Source: an uncultured delta proteobacterium (GTDB lineage Bacteria; Desulfobacterota; Binatia; HRBIN30; BPIQ01). Taken from it: a DNA stretch of 64,000 nucleotides. Position numbers and translations under genes: made by a program. Positions 1-8,651 of this stretch are shown in pieces. Below the pieces are notes generated by a model, which saw only the letters and a list, made by a program, of their open reading frames with translations, made no database searches and was not told the DNA's origin. Position 1 is the stretch's first letter. Every line of letters begins with the position of its first letter. The stretch lies in contig CAVXGR010000011.1 of the NCBI GenBank assembly GCA_963761335.1, positions 448,001-512,000 of the forward strand, in the 5' to 3' direction.

Positions 1-230
1 AGCGCTGGCATGGTCGGCGTCGCGCTCGCCTCCGGCGTCGGGCTCGCGGTTGCTGCGGCGCTCGCGGTCGCCGAGGCGGTCGCCGTACGAGTCGCCATCG
101 GCGGCGCGGCCGTCTCCGTGGCGGTCGCCGTCGGCGCCGGCACAGGCGAGATCCCTCCATCACAGCCACAGAGCACGAATGCCGAGAGCAATCCCGCGGC
201 GCCAACTCGCCATAGCTTCACACCGAACAT
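1..230 (-). CDS. N-terminal part of a lipoprotein with Pro/Thr/Ala-rich linker (runs off window)
   Basis: ATG at 230-228 with AGGAGG 7 nt upstream; translates MFGVKLWRVGAAGLLSAFVLCGC (lipobox-like) then PAPTATATETAAPP... Confidence 0.75.
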   Translation of the reverse strand, partial: MFGVKLWRVGAAGLLSAFVLCGCDGGISPVPAPTATATETAAPPMATRTATASATASAAATASPTPEASATPTMPA

Positions 231-588
231 GTCTCGCCTCCTGGCTCCAGCAATCGGATCAGCGCTCCGGACTCTGCAGCGGGTAGACCTGCCGCCATCC
301 CGGCGCCGACGGCCATTCATAGCGCGAACTGCCGCCGCTGTCGATTCTGGCGCTGCGTCTGGAACTGCGGCGAGCGCTGTCCTAGCCTCCCGCCCGCACC
401 ATCCTGTTCGCGGCGCGCACGGCGCGGGAGGACCGCACTCTGGCCGCAGACCTCCCCGGCTACCGCGACTACCAGTGCCAGGTGAAATGGCGGCTGCTTC
501 CAGGGGTCTGGTAGGGCACTCCACCTGGGGCGTTGCCCCAGGGGGAATTTCGCCCCTTCGGGCGAGTCAGCGCAGCCGCCACCGCGGA

Positions 589-615
589 GGGGGATCTCGC
601 AGAGCGAGATCCCCC
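589..615 (-). terminator. GC-rich hairpin just downstream of pilin stop
   Basis: 12-bp perfect stem GGGGGATCTCGC/GCGAGATCCCCC with 3-nt loop, 7 nt after the TGA at 623-625; no clear U-tract. Confidence 0.55.
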
Positions 616-622
616 CACGCTC

Positions 623-1033
623 TCAGTTCTGCATTCCGCCGTTGGCGCTGTTGTAGCTGAAGACCTTGCCGGTGCCCTTGTCGGAGCTGGCGGTGCCGCT
701 GAAGGCGGTATCGGAATCGCTGCTCATCTGCAGCGTGACTCCGCTCGAGATGTTGAGGCCCGGAAGTATCCCGGGAGATGCCGGGCCGGTGGTGGCGGGG
801 AGATCGGCGTACTTCTCGAACGTCGAGAAGTATGCCTCCTCGGCCGTTGCGGCGTTGCGCAGGTCGGAGTTGGCGCGGGCGTCGAAGCCGCGCTGGCGGT
901 ATGCGGCGTACTGCGGCACGGCCACGGCGGCAATGATGCCGATGATCGCCACCACCACCAGCAGCTCGATCAAGGTGAAGCCGAGCTGTCGTCCGGTGTT
1001 GGCGTCGCTTCTGTCTTCCTTGACGGTGCTCAT
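623..1033 (-). CDS. pilA: Type IVa major pilin (prepilin)
   Basis: Class III signal RQLG|FTLIELLVVVAIIGIIAAVAVPQY; AAGGAGG RBS before ATG 1033; 136 aa. Confidence 0.88.
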   Translation of the reverse strand: MSTVKEDRSDANTGRQLGFTLIELLVVVAIIGIIAAVAVPQYAAYRQRGFDARANSDLRNAATAEEAYFSTFEKYADLPATTGPASPGILPGLNISSGVTLQMSSDSDTAFSGTASSDKGTGKVFSYNSANGGMQN

Positions 1034-1220
1034 GAGATCCCTCCTTGGTTGGTCTTGTCCTGATCGCGACGGCGAACGTCCTCGACCGCTGCCTGGAGGC
1101 CCGCGGGGCGGGCCGGGCGAATTCCATTTCGCGAGATCTCTTGCGCGCTGCATCCGTGCAGCCTTTCGGCGATGTCTTCGTCTAGACCGGCAATACCAGT
1201 CCGTCAATGCCCGATCGATG

Positions 1221-2147
1221 CTACTCCACCCTCTCCCACGAATCGGGCGGCAACAGGCTGGCGAAGAAGCCGGGCTGGATCAGGCCGGCGAGCAGCTCGG
1301 CGCTCTCGGCGATGCGCGGCCCGGGGCGATTGAGATACGCATTGCCATCGACGGCGTAGACACGGCGGTTGCGCACCGCCGGCAGCCGCGTCCACTGCGG
1401 CTGCGAGAAGAGGATCGGCAGCTCCGCCCTCGTCTGCGGCAGCTTGAAACCACAGGGCATCACCACCACCACATCCGGGGCGCTCGCCTGGAGCTCGTCC
1501 CAGCTGATCACGCGGCTGGCGGCGCCCGCTGCGACCAGGTCGTAGCGGCCGCCGCCGAGCTCGACCAGCTCGGGGACCCAGTTGCCGGCGACCATCAGCG
1601 GCTCGATCCACTCGATGCAGGCGACCCGCGGCCGACTGTGCAGATGCGGGTCGCGAGCTCGCAGGCGACCGAGGCGCTCTCTGATTCCCGCCACCAGCGA
1701 CTCTCCGGCGGCGGCGACTCCCGCCGCCGCCGCGACCCGCTGCATGTCCTCGAGAATGTCGCCGAGACGGGTGGGCCGCAGCGAGATGATCTGCACGTCG
1801 GGTCCCAGGCATTGCCGCGCCACCGCCTCCACCTCGGCGAAGGGCACGGCACAGACGTCGCACTGGTCCTGGGTGACGATCAGATCCGGTCGCAGCCTCT
1901 CCAGGACGTCGGTGCGGATGCGGTACACGCCGAGGCTGTCGGCGAGCAGGCGACGCACACCGGCGTCGATCTGCGCCGAGGTCTGCGAGGCGTCGACCTT
2001 CGCCTCGGTCAGCGCCGGCCGCCCGGCGATCTCGGCGGGGAAATCGCACTCGTGAGATACGCCCACGAGGCGATCGCCGAGCCCCAGCGCGCAGACGATC
2101 TCGGTGGCGCTGGGCAGGAGCGTGGCGATGCGCGGCCGAGCGGACAC
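1221..2147 (-). CDS. Cobalamin/Fe-siderophore-type periplasmic-binding-fold protein (BtuF-like)
   Basis: RIATLLPSATEIVCALGLGDRLVGVSHECDFP, LRPDLIVTQDQCDVCAV, VYAVDGNAYLNRPGPR motifs; GTG start inferred. Confidence 0.8.
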   Translation of the reverse strand: MSARPRIATLLPSATEIVCALGLGDRLVGVSHECDFPAEIAGRPALTEAKVDASQTSAQIDAGVRRLLADSLGVYRIRTDVLERLRPDLIVTQDQCDVCAVPFAEVEAVARQCLGPDVQIISLRPTRLGDILEDMQRVAAAAGVAAAGESLVAGIRERLGRLRARDPHLHSRPRVACIEWIEPLMVAGNWVPELVELGGGRYDLVAAGAASRVISWDELQASAPDVVVVMPCGFKLPQTRAELPILFSQPQWTRLPAVRNRRVYAVDGNAYLNRPGPRIAESAELLAGLIQPGFFASLLPPDSWERVE

Positions 2148-3490
2148 AATGCCTCGCCGCGGCTCAGGCCTCGGCGGCCCAGGTGCGGCACGGCGCCGGC
2201 GCCGCCTGCCTCGCAGACGAGCGTGTGCGCCGTCGAGTCGCAAACGCGCACGCGCACCAGGTCCCCCGGCCGCCGATCGCCGGCGGGGAAGACGGCCGTC
2301 TTGAAGTGCGCCGTCTTGCCGGCGAGCCAGCCGTGCCGCCGGCGCGCCGGACCCTCGACGAGCACCTCGACTCTCGCCCCGAGCAGCCGCCGGTTGATCG
2401 CCGCCGAGACCGACTCCTGCAGCGCGATGATCTCCTCGAGGCGCCGCCCCTTCTCCTCCTCCGAGACGGAATCCCCCCACTTGAAGGCCTTGGTCCCTTC
2501 GCGGGCGGAGTACTTGAACATGAAGGCGCTGTCGTAGCCGATCTGCCGCATGAGCGCGCCGGTGGCGGCGAAGTCCACCTCCTCCTCGCCGGGAAAGCCG
2601 ACGATGATGTCGGTCGAAAGCGCGATTCCCGGCACGGCGCGGCGCAGGCGCTCCACCAGTCGGGCGTACTCCGCGGTGCTGTAGCCGCGCTCCATGCGCT
2701 CCAGCACCCGATCCGACCCCGACTGCAGCGGCAGGTGCAGCTGCGGGCAGACCTTGTCGCACTCCGCCATCGCCTCGATGACCGCGTCGCTCATGTCCGA
2801 GGGGTGCGGCGAGGTGAAGCGGATGCGCTCGATGCCGGAAATGTCGTTGGCGCGGCGCAGCAGGGTGGCGAAGTCGGCGGCGCCGTCGCCATAGGCGTTG
2901 ACCGTTTGCCCGAGGAAGACCACCTCGCGGTATCCGTCGGCGGCGAGCTGGCGCACCTCATCGAGAATGCTCGGCAGCGGCAGGCTGCGCTCGCGGCCGC
3001 GGACGTAGGGAACGATACAGAAGGTGCAGAACTTGTCGCAGCCGCGCATGATACTGATCCAGGCACGCACGCCCGGCTGGCGCTGCGGACGGATGTCGGC
3101 GTAGGTCTCGTCCCGCGCCAGGCGCACGTCGACGAAGGGATCTCCGGCGAGCATCTGCGGCAGGCGTCGATAGCTGTCCGGCCCGACGACGAAATCGAGG
3201 AACGGAACCCGCTCCATGAGACGCTCGCGGTGGTGCTGCGCCATGCAGCCGGTCAGGCCGATCTGCACCTGCGGGCGCTGCGCCTTGTGGCGCGCCAGCG
3301 CCCCGAGGCGGCCGATGACGCGATCTTCGGCGTGCTCGCGAATGGCGCAGGTGTTGAGGAGGATCACGTCGGCGCCGGCAGGATCGTCGGTGCGGGCATA
3401 TCCGGAGCCGCGCAGATGCCCGACGATCAGCTCGGTGTCCGCCAGGTTCATCTGGCAGCCGTAGGTCTCGATGTAGACGCGGAGCGACAT
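2009..3490 (-). CDS. miaB: tRNA-2-methylthio-N6-dimethylallyladenosine synthase (radical SAM methylthiotransferase)
   Basis: YIETYGCQMN, NTCAIREHAE, GCDKFCTFCIVPYVRGRERS (CxxxCxxC), C-terminal TRAM domain. Confidence 0.95.
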   Translation of the reverse strand: MSLRVYIETYGCQMNLADTELIVGHLRGSGYARTDDPAGADVILLNTCAIREHAEDRVIGRLGALARHKAQRPQVQIGLTGCMAQHHRERLMERVPFLDFVVGPDSYRRLPQMLAGDPFVDVRLARDETYADIRPQRQPGVRAWISIMRGCDKFCTFCIVPYVRGRERSLPLPSILDEVRQLAADGYREVVFLGQTVNAYGDGAADFATLLRRANDISGIERIRFTSPHPSDMSDAVIEAMAECDKVCPQLHLPLQSGSDRVLERMERGYSTAEYARLVERLRRAVPGIALSTDIIVGFPGEEEVDFAATGALMRQIGYDSAFMFKYSAREGTKAFKWGDSVSEEEKGRRLEEIIALQESVSAAINRRLLGARVEVLVEGPARRRHGWLAGKTAHFKTAVFPAGDRRPGDLVRVRVCDSTAHTLVCEAGGAGAVPHLGRRGLSRGEALCPLGRASPRSCPAPPRSSARWGSAIASWAYLTSAISPPRSPGGRR

Positions 3491-3561
3491 GGGCGTTGCG
3501 GTCTCCGAGGAGGCTGGTTATATAGCCGGCGCTCTCGGCCAGCTCAATCATGCCCCGACCG

Positions 3562-3738
3562 ATGGATTCTTTCGACCAGCTCGAGGCCTCGCTCCTCTTC
3601 TGCCCCACGTGCCGCCAGGCGATGCCGGTGCGCAAGCGCCTCCTCCTGGTGCTTCCCCAGGGCGACAAGTACGAGTACCTGTGCAGCCGCTGCGGCGCCA
3701 CCTGCGGCGACAAGATCGAGCCGCCGCCGCGGGTGTAA
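3562..3738 (+). CDS. Small zinc-ribbon protein
   Basis: 58 aa with CPTC...CSRC pair; divergent from miaB; GC3-biased codons. Confidence 0.7.
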   Translation: MDSFDQLEASLLFCPTCRQAMPVRKRLLLVLPQGDKYEYLCSRCGATCGDKIEPPPRV

Positions 3739-3742
3739 CACC

Positions 3743-4604
3743 TCAAGCCCTCGCCCTTCGCGCATGCGGCATGGTGCGCAGCGGCGCCGGCAGGAACGGC
3801 AGGAGCGCGCGCGTCGAGAGCTCCACGGCGCCGAGACCGAGTCGCCGGGCCGGGCCCCAGGCCAGACCGTACCGGCGGCGTAGCGGTTCGGGAAGAAGGC
3901 CGGCGGTGAGGCTGCCGACCGTGCCCACTGCTTGGCGCAGGATCGGGGGCAGCGGCGGCGACAGCAGAGCCCGGGCGATGTCGCGGCTGCTCGGCCCGAC
4001 AGCGAGGATCGGGCCGTCGATCATGTCCCGCATGTAGGCTTCGAAGTCCACCCAGCGGCGCGGAATGCTCTCGTCCGGGATGCCGAAGAGCCGTGCGGTG
4101 ATCTTCGATTCGCGGTAGTAGCGAGCCCGCTCGGCACCGGTGAGCGGCGCCACGAAGCGCTGGTAGGCGACGAGAGCGGAGTCGACCAGGGTCGCGTGCA
4201 CCCAGAGGAGCAGCTCGGGATCGTCGGCGCGGTAGGGGGTGCCCGCCGGGTAGGGACCAACCGCCTCCGCGCAGGCGCCCGCGCACGCCGGCGTGCACCC
4301 GCTCGATGGCGCGCACGGCGCGCAGCGCCTCGACGCCGCTGCCGAAGGTGATGGTGAGGGTGAGGTCGAGAGTCCGCCACAGCCGCTGCAGCGGGTCGCG
4401 GCGGAAGTCACTGTGCTCGGCGACGCCGGCAGCGACCAGCGGGTGAGCGACCTGCAGGAGCAGGGCGCGCATGCCCCCCAGCAGCAGAGCCGCCTCGCGA
4501 TTGATGCGCCAGGTGAGCGTCCCGGGTCCGAACAGACTCTGCTGCGCATCGATCCGCCGCCGCCCGAGCGCGCCCCGCAGGCGCTCCAGATCTTCTTCCC
4601 CCAT
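3743..4604 (-). pseudogene. Oxygenase MpaB/DUF2236-family protein with an apparent 1-nt frameshift near 4268
   Basis: N-half (LFGPGTLTWRINREAALLLGGMRALLLQVAHPLVAAGVAEHSDF...VHAGVRG) and C-half (GTPYRADDPELLLWVHATLVDS...) lie in different frames. Confidence 0.75.
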
Positions 4605-4649
4605 CCCCGTGATGTTAACTCGAAAGGCGGGACCGCGACCAGCGGAGAC

Positions 4650-4815
4650 GGGGTGTTGAGGTGTTGGGGGTTGAGGTGTTGGGCTGCGGGTCTGGTCCGT
4701 CGCCACATGCGGGCTCGGTGATGGTAGCCGGGGGTTTCAGATGCTGTCTCAACACTTCAACACCCAACACCTCGAACACCTCAACACCCGGACACCCAAC
4801 ACCTTCGACACCCCA
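4650..4815. repeat. Facing tracts of degenerate GGTGTTGA / TCAACACC octamers
   Basis: ggtgttgaggtgttgggggttgaggtgttggg at ~4651-4683 and tcaacacttcaacacccaacacctcgaacacctcaacacc at ~4749-4800. Confidence 0.7.
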
Positions 4816-4861
4816 TCCTCCCCTCCCCTGCGGCCAGGATGGCCGCGCTCCCAGGGGGTAC

Positions 4862-4899
4862 TTGACGCAAGGATCACCTTTGCGTATCTTGGACACTAA
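4862..4899 (+). promoter_or_regulatory. sigma70-like nadA promoter overlapped by NrtR operator
   Basis: -35 TTGACG 4862-4867, 17-nt spacer, -10 TATCTT 4885-4890; 21-bp TTTGC-GT-ATCTTGG-AC-ACTAA (GT-N7-AC) at 4879-4899. Confidence 0.75.
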
Positions 4900-4912
4900 G
4901 TTGGAGGTGCCC

Positions 4913-5920
4913 ATGGAGATTGCCGCAGAGAAGAGCGCCGAGAAGCTCTACGAGCAGTTCGAGGTGCTGCACGAGCCGCAGGCGTACTCGCGCCCGGCCT
5001 GCGACCACATTGCCGATACGATCGCCCGCATCCGGCAGCTGAAGAAGGAACGCAACGCCGTGCTCCTGGCGCACAACTATCAGCGGCCGGAGATCTTCGA
5101 GGTCGCCGATTTCGTCGGCGACTCGCTCGAGCTGGCGCAGAAGGCGACCAAGGTAACCGCCGACGTCATCGTCTTCTGCGGGGTCCATTTCATGGCGGAG
5201 ACGGCGAAGATCCTCAATCCGGAGAAGACCGTTCTTCTCCCCGACCTGCGCGCCGGGTGCTCGCTCGCCGATACCGTCGAGCCCGACGCCCTGGCGGAAC
5301 GGCGCGACCAGCTGCGCCAGGTGTATCCGGACCTGCAGATCGTCGCCTACGTGAACACCAGCGCTGCGGTGAAGGCCCTGGTCGACGTCTGCTGCACCTC
5401 CTCGAATGCCGCCCGAATCGTCGAGGCCCTGCCGGCGCAGCACGTGCTCTTCGTTCCCGACCGCCACCTCGGCGAGTACGTCCAGAAGCAGACGGACAAG
5501 ACCGTGATCACCTGGGACGGCAACTGCTACGTGCACCACCAGATCACGCCCGAGAACGTCCGCAAGGTGAAGGAAGGCATTCCCGGGCTGAAGGTCCTGG
5601 TCCATCCCGAGTGCCGCGCCGACGTGGCCGCCCTCGCCGACGCGGTACTGAGCACCAGCGGCATGGTGCGCTACGCCAAGGAGAGCGACGCCGACGACTT
5701 TCTCGTGGTCACCGAGTGCGGGCTCACCGACCGCCTGCTGCTCGAGGCCCCGGGGAAGAACTTCTACAAGGCCTGCAAGCTGTGTCAGTTCATGAAGATG
5801 ATCACCCTCGACGGCGTGCGCGAGTCCCTGGAGTCGATGCGCTACGAGGTGACGCTCGACGAGGAGGTTCGCCGCGGCGCCGAGCGCTCGCTGCGGCGCA
5901 TGCTGGAGCTCAGCGCCTGA
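4913..5920 (+). CDS. nadA: Quinolinate synthase A
   Basis: LLAHNYQRPEI, VFCGVHFMAETAKILNP, AGCSLAD, CYVH, HPEC, CQFMK; GGAGG RBS. Confidence 0.95.
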   Translation: MEIAAEKSAEKLYEQFEVLHEPQAYSRPACDHIADTIARIRQLKKERNAVLLAHNYQRPEIFEVADFVGDSLELAQKATKVTADVIVFCGVHFMAETAKILNPEKTVLLPDLRAGCSLADTVEPDALAERRDQLRQVYPDLQIVAYVNTSAAVKALVDVCCTSSNAARIVEALPAQHVLFVPDRHLGEYVQKQTDKTVITWDGNCYVHHQITPENVRKVKEGIPGLKVLVHPECRADVAALADAVLSTSGMVRYAKESDADDFLVVTECGLTDRLLLEAPGKNFYKACKLCQFMKMITLDGVRESLESMRYEVTLDEEVRRGAERSLRRMLELSA

Positions 5921-6573
5921 CGCCGCGGGCGCCGACGGTGGCGGTGGACGTGGTCATCTTCACGATCCACCGCGGCGAGCTGCAGGCCCTCCTGGTACGG
6001 GTGAAGCAAGGCCCGTTCGCGGGCCGCTGGGCTTTTCCCGGAGGTCTGCTCCCCCACGGCGAATCGCTCGACGCGGCCGCGGCCCGGGAGCTGGTCGAGA
6101 AGACCGGCATCGGCGACCTCTACCTGGAGCAGCTCTACACCTTCGGCGATCCCCGTCGCGACCCGCTCGGGCACGTGGTCTCGGTCGCCTACTTCGCCCT
6201 GGCGCCGTCGCCCGCGGCGCCACCGGCCAAAGATCCCAAGTACGACCGCGCCGAGTGGCGTCCGGTACACCGTCTGCCGCAGCTCGCCTACGGTCACAAC
6301 GCCGTGGCCGCCTATGCGCTGGCGCGGCTCCAGGCGAAGCTGGCATACAGCAACATCGCCTACAGCCTGCTGCCCGCGGAGTTCACCCTGAGCGAGCTGC
6401 AGGAGGTGTACGAGATCATTCTCGGGCGCCACCTCGACCGCCGCAACTTCCGCAAGAAGATCACCACCCTCGGCCTGCTGCGGCCGCTCGGCAGGCAGCG
6501 GCGCGGTGCCCATCGGCCCGCGGCTCTGTACGCCTTCGCGCAGCGGGTGCCGACCTTGGTGCAGGTCCTGTAG
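5917..6573 (+). CDS. nrtR: NrtR-family Nudix-related transcriptional regulator
   Basis: VAVDVVIFT, WAFPGG...ESLDAAAARELVEKTG Nudix box, LEQLYTFGDPRRDP, C-terminal wHTH FTLSELQEVYE..LDRRNFRKKI; start uncertain (CTG overlapping nadA stop or GTG 5938). Confidence 0.88.
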   Translation: MTPRAPTVAVDVVIFTIHRGELQALLVRVKQGPFAGRWAFPGGLLPHGESLDAAAARELVEKTGIGDLYLEQLYTFGDPRRDPLGHVVSVAYFALAPSPAAPPAKDPKYDRAEWRPVHRLPQLAYGHNAVAAYALARLQAKLAYSNIAYSLLPAEFTLSELQEVYEIILGRHLDRRNFRKKITTLGLLRPLGRQRRGAHRPAALYAFAQRVPTLVQVL

Positions 6574-6575
6574 GA

Positions 6576-7055
6576 GGGGACAGTGCATCATGAGCCTTGC
6601 GGCTCGCCAGCAGACGATGAAAATGAGGCTGGGGATCTGCCCCGTAGAGAGATTTGGCGGTTCTCGCCTGCGCGAAGTTCGCCCCGGAGGGGCGGTGGGG
6701 TGTAGCCCCGGGTGAAACCCGGGGAAGAATGCGCGCTCCGTCATAGGCGCCCCGCCAGGGGGCGCGGGCAAATTTCCGTCGATGTCGCGCCTCTACGCCG
6801 ATGCTCACCGATGGGTGCGTGGGAAGCTCATGGACGTGATTCATTCTACGCCTGCGCCCCTCCGGGGCGCTGATCCGGGCAATCGGAACGCTGTCCCCGG
6901 GTTAACACCCGGGGCTACATGCCCGCGCCCCTCCGGGGCGAACGCTCCACGCCAAGCGCCGGGACTCCGCCAGACCTTCACCCAACAGATTTTCGAAGCA
7001 GGCTACCTCCTCCAGGTGAGAGCTTCGAGCTCTGTCGCAAAAGTTGCCTGTCCCC
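6576..7055 (+). mobile_element. Host palindrome with one inserted CAG-bounded REP cassette (6584-7001)
   Basis: GGGGACAG|TGCATCATGAGCC...TTTTCGAAGCAG|GCTACC...AAAAGTTGCCTGTCCCC; internal GTAG-type REP doublet. Confidence 0.8.
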
Positions 7056-7151
7056 GCGGGCCGCCTCGGCCTCTCTTCCACGAAAGCGGAAAGGGGCGTT
7101 CTTGACAGGTTGCCCCGCATCCGGTTGCCTGCCGGCTTGCGGAGACGCCGT

Positions 7152-8540
7152 GTGGAAGCCGAGCCCTCTACCGCGCCGCCGTCGGCGACCGTCGATCTGC
7201 CGCTGGCACCGACACGCGCCGAGCTGCTGAAGATCATCTGGGATCTCGCCTGGCCGGTGATCATGACGCTGTCGCTCGAGTCCCTGGTCGGGCTCGCCGA
7301 CATGCTGATGGTGGGCCAACTGGGCGCCAACGCCGTCGCCGGTGTGGGCGTCGGCGTACAGATCCTGCAAACGGTCACCGGCTCGATGTTCGCCGTCGGC
7401 ACCGGCACGCTGGCGATCGTCGCCCGTCACGTCGGCGCCCGCGAGCTGCGGCCCGCCGAAGAGGTCCTGCGGCAGTCGCTCCTGGCAGTGGCGGTGCTGG
7501 CGACGGCGGCAACCCTGCCGGTGTTCGCCTGGGCTCCGGAGCTCGTGCGCCTCTTCGGCGTCGCCGAGCCGGTGGTGCAGCAAGGTGGTGGCTACGTGCG
7601 CACGGTGATGCTCGGCGTTCCCGCCGACGCTCTCATCTTCACCGTCGCCCTCGGCCTCCGCGGCGCCGGCGACACGCGCACACCGCTGATCGTCGGCGCC
7701 GTGGTCGGCACTCTGAACGTCTTCGGCAACTATCTGCTGATCTTCGGTCACCTCGGCCTGCCCGCCCTCGGCGTCGTCGGCGCCGCCGTCGCCACCGCCA
7801 TCTCCTTCAGCATCGGCGCGCTGCTGATCCTGCTGCTGCTGGCGCGTGGCAACCTGGTCCTGCGCCTGTCGGCGCGGGGGCTGCGGCTGCGCTTCGACGT
7901 CATTCGCCGGGTGCTCTCCGTCGGCTATCCGGCGGCGCTCGAGAACCTGCTCATGCAGGTGGGCTTCTACGTATACATCGTCTTCGCCTCGACCTACGGC
8001 ACCAGTGCGGTGGCGGCGTACTTCATCGGCGTGCGCATCCTGGCGCTGTCGTTCCTCCCCGGCTTCGGCTTCTCGGCGGCGGCGGCGACGCTGGTCGGGC
8101 AGAACCTCGGCGCCAACGATCCGCACCGCGCCGAGCGCAGCGGCTGGGAGTCGAACCGCCTGGCCATCTACATGATGACCGCGGCCGGCATCGTCATCTT
8201 CATCGCCGCCCGGCCGATCGCCGAGCTCTTCGTCGACGACGCGCAGGTGGTCGCCGACGCCGTGTCGTTCATCCGCGTGCTCGCCGCAGCGCAGCCGCTG
8301 ATGGCGATCGACTTCACGCTCGCCGGCGCTCTGCGCGGCGCCGGCGATACGCGCTTCCCGCTGGTCACCGTCTTCGTCGGCTTCTACGGCTGCCGCCTGG
8401 GATTCGCCTGGCTGGCCGCCTTCTGGCTGAAGCTCGATCTCTTCTGGCTGTGGTTCGCCCTGATCGGCGACTACGTCGCCCGCGCCCTGCTGAAGGGCTG
8501 GCGCTTCCGCTCCGGCCGCTGGCGCCATATCCGGGTGTAA
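7152..8540 (+). CDS. MATE-family efflux transporter
   Basis: LAWPVIM, DMLMVGQLG..AVAGVG, two RGAGDT repeats, GQNLGA; many hydrophobic segments; start inferred. Confidence 0.92.
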   Translation: MEAEPSTAPPSATVDLPLAPTRAELLKIIWDLAWPVIMTLSLESLVGLADMLMVGQLGANAVAGVGVGVQILQTVTGSMFAVGTGTLAIVARHVGARELRPAEEVLRQSLLAVAVLATAATLPVFAWAPELVRLFGVAEPVVQQGGGYVRTVMLGVPADALIFTVALGLRGAGDTRTPLIVGAVVGTLNVFGNYLLIFGHLGLPALGVVGAAVATAISFSIGALLILLLLARGNLVLRLSARGLRLRFDVIRRVLSVGYPAALENLLMQVGFYVYIVFASTYGTSAVAAYFIGVRILALSFLPGFGFSAAAATLVGQNLGANDPHRAERSGWESNRLAIYMMTAAGIVIFIAARPIAELFVDDAQVVADAVSFIRVLAAAQPLMAIDFTLAGALRGAGDTRFPLVTVFVGFYGCRLGFAWLAAFWLKLDLFWLWFALIGDYVARALLKGWRFRSGRWRHIRV

Positions 8541-8651
8541 CAAGGGCACGGGCAACCCCCTATCCATCGCGCTCGTGCTCGTAATCGGCTCTGAGCGCTG
8601 CGGGGGATCTCGCCCCGCCGCGGCGCTTCGCACGAGCGAGAACTGGGTCGG

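Noticed and set aside
485..515. SRP RNA (GGAAGCAGCC on minus strand)
   Set aside because: Lacks the preceding CAGG-N-GNRA helix 8 context and the long enclosing stem
666..2537. 623-aa plus-strand ORF
   Set aside because: Antisense to the pilin, BtuF-like and miaB genes
6584..6640. Hammerhead ribozyme or group II intron end in the cassette left end
   Set aside because: No CUGANGA core with GAAA partner and no recognisable domain V/VI
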